From assembly GCA_011048475.1 (NCBI GenBank), contig DSDZ01000059.1, positions 1 through 24,103 of the forward strand: a DNA stretch of 24,103 nt, in the 5' to 3' direction. The notes beneath the pieces are model-generated. The model saw only the letters and a program-made list of their open reading frames with translations. It did not search any database and was not told the origin of the DNA. The stretch is from Bacteroides sp. (GTDB taxonomy: Bacteria > Bacteroidota > Bacteroidia > Bacteroidales > GCA-2748055). The translations under genes were made by a program, and so were the position numbers. Below, piece after piece: positions 1-6,868 of this stretch (the first letter of the stretch is position 1; each line of letters starts with the position of its first letter).

Positions 1-705
1 AAACACATCCAGAACTGTTCCTGCAAGCCTTCCCTTCCGGATCCCCTCCAGGAGTGCGGACTCGTCGACCACCTCACCCCGGGAGGTATTGACCAGGATG
101 GTTCCCTTTCTGACCCGTTCCATAAAACGCCTGTCGACCATCCCCGCGGTATTGTCCCTGCCTCCCCGGTTCAGGGGCACATGCAGGGTGATGATATCGG
201 CCTCTTCCAGGAGCCGGTCCAGTCCGGTGAACTGCGCTCCCCCTTCGGCACGCTGCCTGGGGGGATCGTTCAACAGCACGTTCACCCCCAGGGCTTCTGC
301 AGCCTCTGCCACCAGGCTCCCCACATGTCCCACTCCCACCACACCCAGTGTCAGGTCCCTCAGATCAAATCCCATCCTGAGCGCCAGGTGGAGAAGCACC
401 GACACCATGTATTGCTGCACGGAGGACGCGTTGCAGCCCGGTGCATTGGTCCACCTGATCCCTGCCTTGCGGCAATATTCCGTGTCGATGTGATCAAAAC
501 CGATGGTGGCCGAGGCGATCATCCGGATACCGGTATGCTCCAGAAGGGTCCGGTCGCACCGGGTTCGCGTCCTCGTGATCAGGCATTCCGCATCTTTCAG
601 ATCCGGTTGCCTGATTTCGCTCCCCGGCAGGTACGACACCTTCGCCACTTCTTCAAAAGCGCCCCTCAGGAACGGGATCCGGTCATCTGCCACGATCCGG
701 ATCAT
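1..705 (-). CDS. pdxB: 4-phosphoerythronate dehydrogenase (D-isomer-specific 2-hydroxyacid dehydrogenase family); 3' end truncated by window edge
   Basis: Hand translation from ATG at 705, open to base 1 (235 codons): MIRIVADDRIPFLRGAFEEVA...LITRTRTRCDRTLL...SATIGFDHIDTEYC...NAPGCNASSVQQY...LGVVGVGHVGS...LLNDPPR...DIITLHVPL...LVNTSRGEVVDE...VLDVF. RTRT, SATIGxDHID, APGCNA and NDPP are PdxB-type motifs. The start overlaps the upstream stop as ATGA. Confidence 0.88.
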   Translation of the reverse strand, partial: MIRIVADDRIPFLRGAFEEVAKVSYLPGSEIRQPDLKDAECLITRTRTRCDRTLLEHTGIRMIASATIGFDHIDTEYCRKAGIRWTNAPGCNASSVQQYMVSVLLHLALRMGFDLRDLTLGVVGVGHVGSLVAEAAEALGVNVLLNDPPRQRAEGGAQFTGLDRLLEEADIITLHVPLNRGGRDNTAGMVDRRFMERVRKGTILVNTSRGEVVDESALLEGIRKGRLAGTVLDVF

Positions 706-1979
706 CCGCGGGCAAATTTATCCTTCCAGGACCAGAGTCCCAGGGCAGGATTGGACACGAAATAAATCTCCTCCCCGTCTGCCAGTCGGTTATATCCCTC
801 CTCCAATTTAGCGGGATTGTACCGGGATATCATTTCGCCAAGATCCGCATACTGGTAATTCACCGATTCAATCTCTTCCTTTGAAAGGTGACCCGGGCAG
901 TAGGTGACCCCGAACCTCCCCTCCGAAGAACCATGGATCAGGTGTGCCGCGGCACTCAGGTTCTGCCTCAGTTCTTCATGGTGTTCCACCGCATCCAGGA
1001 TCTCCGGTGTGGTTTTGTACCCGTATTTCCTGATGAGCCTGTCAATCTCCCTGTCCTCCCCGAATTCCTTGAGTCCGGGTGCCAGTACCAGCAGTTCTCC
1101 CCCTCCGGCCAGTGCCATCCGGGTCCTGTAGATGCTTTTGTTCCCGAGCCACGTGCTTCTGAATTCTTCGGGCTCGAGGTACACCACGATCTTTTCCAGG
1201 GGTTTGTCCAGCATCACAAAATTTACCTCCAGGGAGAGTTCAGACGCCCTGAGGAAACACTGTGCATCGTCCCCGATAAACAGACCCCGGACGACCAGGC
1301 GGCCCGACCGGTCCCTGCCCACGACGGTCAGGACATACAGCAACGGCAGATCGGACGTAAAATGTCCGGAGGCATAATTGAGCACTTTTCTCACAGGTGT
1401 GTCGGCCCGTCCCATGATCCGTTCCAGTCCGTATGCAGCCCCCAGGAAATGACTCTTGTTGATCCCCTCAGGGCCCCCGGTCCCCACAAAAATATTCTTG
1501 TTGTAGTTTGCCATTCCGGCCACTTCGTGGGGGACCACCTGACCGACGGATACGATCAGGTCATGTCCCCCCTTTACGATCATGGTATTCAGCTGTGCGG
1601 GCCAGCTGTAGGAGACCATTCCCTCGGATACCTCTTTCAGAAAGCTTCCCGGCACCTCACCCACGGTGACCACATCATTCCTCCAGTCATGCACCCGGAA
1701 CAGGGAAACCGGCACGTCCGGGAACATTCTGTGAATCTCCGGCTCGGTCATGGGTTCATGGGTGCCGATGGCGGGCAGGATGTCGGTGAGCTTCTCTCCG
1801 TAGTATTCATGGACAAACCGTGTGATCAGCCCGGCCCTGCTGTAAAATCTTGTGATATCCGGCGGGATGGCAAGCACCCTGTTCCGGCGGCCCGCTTTGT
1901 CAAGAGCCCGGAATAATCCCTCCCTGATCTCCCCGTCGGTCAGGGCCACCTCTGGCCCGCCCTTTTCAAAATAGATCAT
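702..1979 (-). CDS. LarA/DUF2088 (lactate racemase superfamily) protein; probable sugar-acid 2-epimerase (GntE-like D-mannonate/D-gluconate epimerase)
   Basis: 425 aa. Motifs PPDITR (D41/R44), AIGTH (H74), VVPHEVAGMANYNK (H151, K161), INKSH (H177) and WLGNK (K281). His-10-Lys-16-His spacing equals LarA H174/K184/H200. Lies directly downstream of uxuB. The family call is strong; the substrate is inferred from context. Confidence 0.82.
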   Translation of the reverse strand: MIYFEKGGPEVALTDGEIREGLFRALDKAGRRNRVLAIPPDITRFYSRAGLITRFVHEYYGEKLTDILPAIGTHEPMTEPEIHRMFPDVPVSLFRVHDWRNDVVTVGEVPGSFLKEVSEGMVSYSWPAQLNTMIVKGGHDLIVSVGQVVPHEVAGMANYNKNIFVGTGGPEGINKSHFLGAAYGLERIMGRADTPVRKVLNYASGHFTSDLPLLYVLTVVGRDRSGRLVVRGLFIGDDAQCFLRASELSLEVNFVMLDKPLEKIVVYLEPEEFRSTWLGNKSIYRTRMALAGGGELLVLAPGLKEFGEDREIDRLIRKYGYKTTPEILDAVEHHEELRQNLSAAAHLIHGSSEGRFGVTYCPGHLSKEEIESVNYQYADLGEMISRYNPAKLEEGYNRLADGEEIYFVSNPALGLWSWKDKFARG

Positions 1980-2032
1980 CTGTACATTGTTTTGGTAAGC
2001 TTACATGGTTACAATCCATGGCCTTCAATCCC

Positions 2033-2884
2033 CTATACTCCTCCGTATGCGCTGTATCCTCCGTCCACCGGGATGCATATTCCGGTAATGAACCGGCTCA
2101 TATCCGAAAGCAGGTAGAGGACGGTCCCGTTGAGATCGTCAGGATCCCCGAACACCCCCATTGGCGTACTGGCGATGATCTTTTCTCCCCGTGGGGTCAG
2201 TTTGCCGGTTTTCTCGTCCAGCAGGAGGAACCTGTTCTGACTGGTCAGGAAAAAACCGGGTGCAATCGCGTTCACCCGCACGCCAACCTTGGCTAAATGC
2301 ACCGCTAGCCACTGGGTAAAATTGTTGATGGATGCTTTCGCGGCCGAATATGCCGGGATCTTCGTCAGCGGTCTGAAGGCGTTCATGGAAGAGATATTCA
2401 GCACCACCCCGCTCTGCCGGGTGGCCATCTCCCGGGTAAATACGAGGGTGGGCAGCAGCGTTCCCGTAAAATTCAGGTCAAACACTTTACGGAAACCATC
2501 CAGCTCAAGCCCGAAAAATCCTTCGTCCATCCGGTTCAGGTCCTCTTCGGTGATCTGTTCCAGCCGGGTGGTGGCACTGGGCGAATTTCCGCCCGCTCCG
2601 TTGATCAGGATGTCCACCCTGCCCGCCTCCCGTAGAATCTTTTCCCGCACCGCCTCGAGAGATCCCCTGTCCAGTACATCGGCTTTGTATCCGAAAGCAT
2701 CCACACCGGTCTCTGAGCGGATCTCTTCCGCAAGGCGGGAGGCCGCCTCTTCGTTGATATCCAGGATGACGGTGACCACCCCCGCCGAGGCCAGTCCCCG
2801 CGCTATCGATGATCCAAGCACACCCCCGCCGCCGGTGATCACACAGATCTTGTCTTTCAGGTCTACGAATGATAATTGTTCCAT
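2033..2884 (-). CDS. uxuB: D-mannonate oxidoreductase / fructuronate reductase (SDR family)
   Basis: Start reassigned to ATG 2884 (283 aa), 1 nt after the lacI-1 stop. TGGGGVLG, NGAGGN, YSAAK, RVNAIAPGFFLTSQNR match the SDR-type UxuB; next to uxaE/uxaC. Confidence 0.85.
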   Translation of the reverse strand: MEQLSFVDLKDKICVITGGGGVLGSSIARGLASAGVVTVILDINEEAASRLAEEIRSETGVDAFGYKADVLDRGSLEAVREKILREAGRVDILINGAGGNSPSATTRLEQITEEDLNRMDEGFFGLELDGFRKVFDLNFTGTLLPTLVFTREMATRQSGVVLNISSMNAFRPLTKIPAYSAAKASINNFTQWLAVHLAKVGVRVNAIAPGFFLTSQNRFLLLDEKTGKLTPRGEKIIASTPMGVFGDPDDLNGTVLYLLSDMSRFITGICIPVDGGYSAYGGV

Positions 2885-2885
2885 G

Positions 2886-3947
2886 TCAGTGTTGTGATTT
2901 GGGTTCGTAAAATGCCAGGTTTTCCCTGGTAATGATATCGATGGGAAGAAACTGCTTCCGCTCGGGCTCCCGGTTAAAGGCAACCAGGTTAAACAGCGAT
3001 GTAAGTCCCCTGAATGCCTGTTCTTCAGGCCTCTGGGAAATCAGAAAATCGATGTAATCCCTTTTCAGATATTCGATGCTCTCCGGGAGCAGGTCGTATC
3101 CCACCAGCCGGATGTTCATAATGCCGCGGGAGGCCAGGTACCCGGCAACCAGGTGGACCCGGGAATTGGTCACAAAGATCCCCGCAATTTCATACCTTGC
3201 AAATGCCTCCTCCAGCCGCTCCTCCAGCTCGTGATCACCTGCTCCGTTCAGATCAATGGTGAGAAGATGGTCCGGCCGGCCGCCATGTTCCTCAAAAAAA
3301 CTCCTGAATCCTTTTTCACGCTGGATGATATGGGCATAATGATCCTTCCGTGCAGAAAGGTTCATGATGAGCACATCCTTCCCGGGCAGCATCCCGTAAT
3401 CGATGAGCCTGGCTGCCACCATTCCGCTGTGAAAGGCATCCTGACCCACAAAACTCCTGACGGCCGGAGACTCCAGCATGGAATTGAAAAGGACCACCGG
3501 CAGATTCCACCGGCCGCACTGTTCAAGGAATTCCACCGACTCCTTCTGAAAAACGGGAGCGAACAGGACCCCGTGGAGTTGTTCAAAGGGAAATCCATTC
3601 ACCAGCTTGAGGAAATCTTTCCGGTCGATCTGGTCGAAATTGAAATGCTCCACCTGGAGATGGTAATGGGACAGTTCATCAAGGGCCCGGTCGATCCCTT
3701 TCCGGGGCAGTTTCCAGAAAACGTGTTCGTTCACGATCTTCGGCATCACCACCGCCAGGCGGATCTCCCGCTTTAAAGCCAGCGAACTGGCCATAAAATC
3801 AGGCTTGTAGTTGTATTCGCGCAGCAGTTTCTGGATCTTTTCGCGGGTAGCATCGGACACTTCGCCCCGGTTATGGATCACCCGGTCCACCGTTCCGATG
3901 GATACCCGGGCGATTTCAGCGATATCCTTGATCCTGATTCTCTGCAT
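2886..3947 (-). CDS. LacI-family transcriptional regulator (lacI-1; UxuR-like hexuronate regulator)
   Basis: N-terminal HTH RIKDIAEIARVSIGTVDRVIHNRG plus periplasmic-binding-protein-like sensor domain; divergent from uxaE-uxaC. Confidence 0.92.
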   Translation of the reverse strand: MQRIRIKDIAEIARVSIGTVDRVIHNRGEVSDATREKIQKLLREYNYKPDFMASSLALKREIRLAVVMPKIVNEHVFWKLPRKGIDRALDELSHYHLQVEHFNFDQIDRKDFLKLVNGFPFEQLHGVLFAPVFQKESVEFLEQCGRWNLPVVLFNSMLESPAVRSFVGQDAFHSGMVAARLIDYGMLPGKDVLIMNLSARKDHYAHIIQREKGFRSFFEEHGGRPDHLLTIDLNGAGDHELEERLEEAFARYEIAGIFVTNSRVHLVAGYLASRGIMNIRLVGYDLLPESIEYLKRDYIDFLISQRPEEQAFRGLTSLFNLVAFNREPERKQFLPIDIITRENLAFYEPKSQH

Positions 3948-4009
3948 AATTATTTATTATGAGATGCTTACGCAGATTTTCCTTCTCACAAAGAGTGGTT
4001 CATTCCCAC

Positions 4010-4017
4010 CAAAATTA
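4010..4017 (-). promoter_or_regulatory. Putative Bacteroidota -7 promoter element for the lacI-1/uxuB/larA-like/pdxB operon
   Basis: TAATTTTG on the minus strand fits TAnnTTTG, about 60 nt upstream of the lacI-1 ATG; no clear -33 TTTG. Confidence 0.4.
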
Positions 4018-4027
4018 ATGAAAATAT

Positions 4028-4059
4028 TTTGTAAATAAGAAGAAAATTGCCTATTTTCG
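4028..4059 (+). promoter_or_regulatory. Putative Bacteroidota sigma-ABfr-type promoter for uxaE-uxaC
   Basis: TTTG (4028-4031), 20-nt spacer, TATTTTCG (4052-4059; one mismatch to TAnnTTTG), 38 nt before the uxaE ATG. Confidence 0.6.
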
Positions 4060-4075
4060 TGTTCGTACACGGAAA
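4054..4075. promoter_or_regulatory. Putative LacI-type operator (probably for lacI-1)
   Basis: TTTTCGTGTTCGTACACGGAAA: CG-centred palindrome, 18/22 positions symmetric, overlapping the predicted -7 box and start site of uxaE. Confidence 0.65.
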
Positions 4076-4097
4076 CAATCAGATAATCTTCAGATTC

Positions 4098-5345
4098 ATG
4101 AAACTTGAAAAATATTCCTTCGGGATTGGCGACAGGTTCGCGCAGCAGGGAGAGGCACAGCTCAGTGCCATCATGAAAGCCGCTGAAAAAGGAGTGGAGA
4201 TCGTTCCGGTCTGGAACAAATCCAACCGCGAACACCAGAACATCCATTCTTCCCCTTCAGACACCAGGAAGGAAGCCGATGATGCGGTGCGGAAACTGGG
4301 CTGGGAGCATTCCTATTACGTGGATGCGGACCACATCAACCTGGACACGGTGGACCGGTTTCTTCCCCACTCCGATTTTTTTACCCTGGACGTGGCCGGA
4401 TATCTGGGAAAGGAAGTACCAGCAGAAGAGCTGAATAGGTTCCTGGACGCCGCGGAAGGGATGACGGGCAGGCTGCAGATCCCGGGGATCAGCGAGCCAT
4501 TTCAAATTTCCGTGGACATCCTGAAAAGGATTGCCGGAACATTCCTAGGGGCAGTGAAGGAGGCATCGGCCATCTACAGGCACATCGCATCCGGAAAGGG
4601 AGCAGAGCAATTTGTTGCGGAGATCTCCATGGACGAAGTAGAGGAGCCGCAGACACCCGTGGAACTTTTCTTTATCCTGATGATGATCAGCCACTTTGAT
4701 ATTCCAGTACAGACGATCGCACCAAAATTCACGGGAAGGTTCAACAAAGGAGTGGATTACGTGGGGGATGTGGTGCAGTTCCGTAAAGAATTTGAACAGG
4801 ACCTGCTCGTCATCGATCATGCCGTCAAATCGTTCGGGCTCCCGGAGAACCTGAAGCTGAGCGTGCACTCTGGCAGCGACAAATTCACCATTTATCCGAT
4901 CATGGGGGAGCTGATCCGTAAACATGACAAAGGCATCCACGTGAAAACAGCGGGCACGACCTGGCTGGAAGAGGTGATCGGACTGGCGCTGTCGGGTGAC
5001 GATGCGCTTCAGATGGCAAAGACCATCTACGCCCGTGCGCTCGAAAGGCGGGAGGAGCTGTGCGCACCCTATGCCACCGTGATCGATATTGATCCGGACA
5101 CCCTTCCGGCTCCGGACGAGGTCAACGGCTGGAACGGTGAGAAATTTGCCGGAACCCTGCGGCACGTGCCGGACCATCCCCATTACAATCCGGGATTCCG
5201 GCAATTGATCCACGTGGGATACAAAGTGGCCGCCGATATGGGCGAGCAGTACCTTTCCATGGTGAGGAAATACAGACGGGTGGTCGGGGATCAGGTAGAG
5301 ACCAACCTTTTCGACCGGCATATCAGGCGGCTGTTCGGCATCTGA
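4098..5345 (+). CDS. uxaE: Tagaturonate/fructuronate epimerase
   Basis: Start reassigned to ATG 4098 (415 aa). SFGIGDRF, VWNKSNREH, DADHI, KLSVHSGSDKF and HVKTAGTTWLE are UxaE-family motifs; precedes uxaC. Confidence 0.88.
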   Translation: MKLEKYSFGIGDRFAQQGEAQLSAIMKAAEKGVEIVPVWNKSNREHQNIHSSPSDTRKEADDAVRKLGWEHSYYVDADHINLDTVDRFLPHSDFFTLDVAGYLGKEVPAEELNRFLDAAEGMTGRLQIPGISEPFQISVDILKRIAGTFLGAVKEASAIYRHIASGKGAEQFVAEISMDEVEEPQTPVELFFILMMISHFDIPVQTIAPKFTGRFNKGVDYVGDVVQFRKEFEQDLLVIDHAVKSFGLPENLKLSVHSGSDKFTIYPIMGELIRKHDKGIHVKTAGTTWLEEVIGLALSGDDALQMAKTIYARALERREELCAPYATVIDIDPDTLPAPDEVNGWNGEKFAGTLRHVPDHPHYNPGFRQLIHVGYKVAADMGEQYLSMVRKYRRVVGDQVETNLFDRHIRRLFGI

Positions 5346-5402
5346 TCCACGGATTGGGACACTCCCTGTGAATGAAACTGAGAAAATCTAATAATCACTC
5401 GA

Positions 5403-6827
5403 ATGAAAAAATTTTTGGACCAGGATTTCCTGCTGGAAAATGAAACGGCCCGCAGGCTCTATCATGAATGTGCCAGCAAGATGCCGATCATCGATTACCA
5501 TTGCCACCTGAATCCCGAACAGATCGCAGGGGATGTGAATTTTGAGAACCTGACCAGGATCTGGCTTGCGGGAGATCATTACAAGTGGCGGGCCATGCGG
5601 GCAAACGGAGTGGACGAAAAGTACTGCACGGGCGATGCGCCGGACAGGGAAAAATTCATGAAATGGGCGGAAACCGTGCCGGACACCATCCGCAATCCAC
5701 TCTACCACTGGACACACCTGGAGCTGCAGCGGTATTTCGGTATCTCTGAACTGCTTCATCCCGGGTCGGCGGAAGGGATCTACCGGCAGGCAAACGAACT
5801 GCTGGCCACAAAGGAGTTCAGCGTCAGGCAACTCATCCGGAAAATGAATGTGGAGGTGATCTGCACCACGGATGACCCGGTGGATACCCTGGAACACCAC
5901 CGGAAAATCCGTGGGGACGGATTCGAGACCCTGGTCCTGCCCGCCTGGCGTGCCGACAAAGCACTGGCGGTGGAGGATCCCGACCAGTACAACCAGTACC
6001 TTGGAAAGCTTGAAGCCGCCTCGGGCATTTCCATATCCACCTACATGGATTTGCTCACGGCCTTGAGCAACAGGCATGACTTTTTCAATGAAATGGGCTG
6101 CAGGGTCTCGGACCACGGGATGGAGACCTTCCATGCAGATGATTTTGATCACCAGGACATCGAAAGGATCTTTCTGAAGATCAGGAAAGGAAGGAAACCG
6201 AACAAGCAGGAAATAAGTCAGTTCAAATCAGCCATGCTGATCGAGCTGGCAGTCATGGACCACGAGAAGGACTGGGTGCAGCAGTTCCATGTGGGGGCGA
6301 TCCGGAACAACAACACCCGGAGGTTCCACGAAATGGGTCCGGATACCGGTTTTGACTCTATCGGGGATTTCAAAATGGCAAGGACCCTGTCCAGGTTCCT
6401 GGATACGCTCGATCAGCGCGAACAGCTGGCAAAGACCATTCTTTACAACATCAATCCCGGCGACAATGCGCTGATGGTGACCATGGCCTGCAATTTCAAC
6501 GACGGGATTACACCGGGCAAGATGCAGCACGGTTCCGGCTGGTGGTTTCTCGACCAAAAATACGGAATTACAGACCAGATCAACACCCTCTCCGCGCTCG
6601 GACTGCTCAGCCGTTTCGTGGGCATGCTGACGGACTCACGAAGTTTCCTGTCCTATCCCAGGCATGAATATTTCAGGAGGATCCTCTGCAACCTGGTGGG
6701 AACGGATGTGGAAAAGGGAGAGATCCCCGATGATCCCGCGATGCTGGAGAACCTGATCAGCAATGTTTGTTACCACAATGCGAAAAATTACTTCGGGTTT
6801 CGACCGGGTCCGGTAGCTGGTTCATGA
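5403..6827 (+). CDS. uxaC: Glucuronate (uronate) isomerase
   Basis: 474 aa. FLDQDFLL, PIIDYHCHL, GDHYKWRAMR, GSGWWFLDQ, FVGMLTDSRSFLSYPRHEYFRRILCN. Confidence 0.97.
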   Translation: MKKFLDQDFLLENETARRLYHECASKMPIIDYHCHLNPEQIAGDVNFENLTRIWLAGDHYKWRAMRANGVDEKYCTGDAPDREKFMKWAETVPDTIRNPLYHWTHLELQRYFGISELLHPGSAEGIYRQANELLATKEFSVRQLIRKMNVEVICTTDDPVDTLEHHRKIRGDGFETLVLPAWRADKALAVEDPDQYNQYLGKLEAASGISISTYMDLLTALSNRHDFFNEMGCRVSDHGMETFHADDFDHQDIERIFLKIRKGRKPNKQEISQFKSAMLIELAVMDHEKDWVQQFHVGAIRNNNTRRFHEMGPDTGFDSIGDFKMARTLSRFLDTLDQREQLAKTILYNINPGDNALMVTMACNFNDGITPGKMQHGSGWWFLDQKYGITDQINTLSALGLLSRFVGMLTDSRSFLSYPRHEYFRRILCNLVGTDVEKGEIPDDPAMLENLISNVCYHNAKNYFGFRPGPVAGS

Positions 6828-6868
6828 GGATATATTCGTATTTTAGCCGCGGAACAGAGATTTGATCC

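Noticed and set aside
888-1916. 342-aa plus-strand ORF, and similar long antisense ORFs (89..493, 181..765, 2289..2897, 3153..3776, 4545..5321, 5388..6152, 9661..10641, 14169..14966, 16729..17532, 18697..19797, 23207..24055)
   Set aside because: Each lies antisense to a confidently identified gene and shows no recognisable motifs; expected shadow ORFs in high-GC DNA.
1980-2032. Short inverted repeats (CATGG..CCATG; GTAAGCTTAC) between uxuB and the LarA-like gene
   Set aside because: Too short and weak to distinguish from chance; no terminator architecture.
2885-2983. N-terminal extensions given by the ORF track (uxuB from 2983; also uxaE 4047, S41 9433, yhhN 11597, lacI-2 11494, kdgF 13277, kdgA 18015, dctP 18673, xylB 21672)
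   Set aside because: They overlap neighbouring genes or promoter/operator elements; family-like sequence begins at the downstream ATG used above.
5346-5402. Possible hairpin GGGA-CAC-TCCC between uxaE and uxaC
   Set aside because: Only a 4-bp stem and no U-tract; not supportable as a terminator or RNA element.
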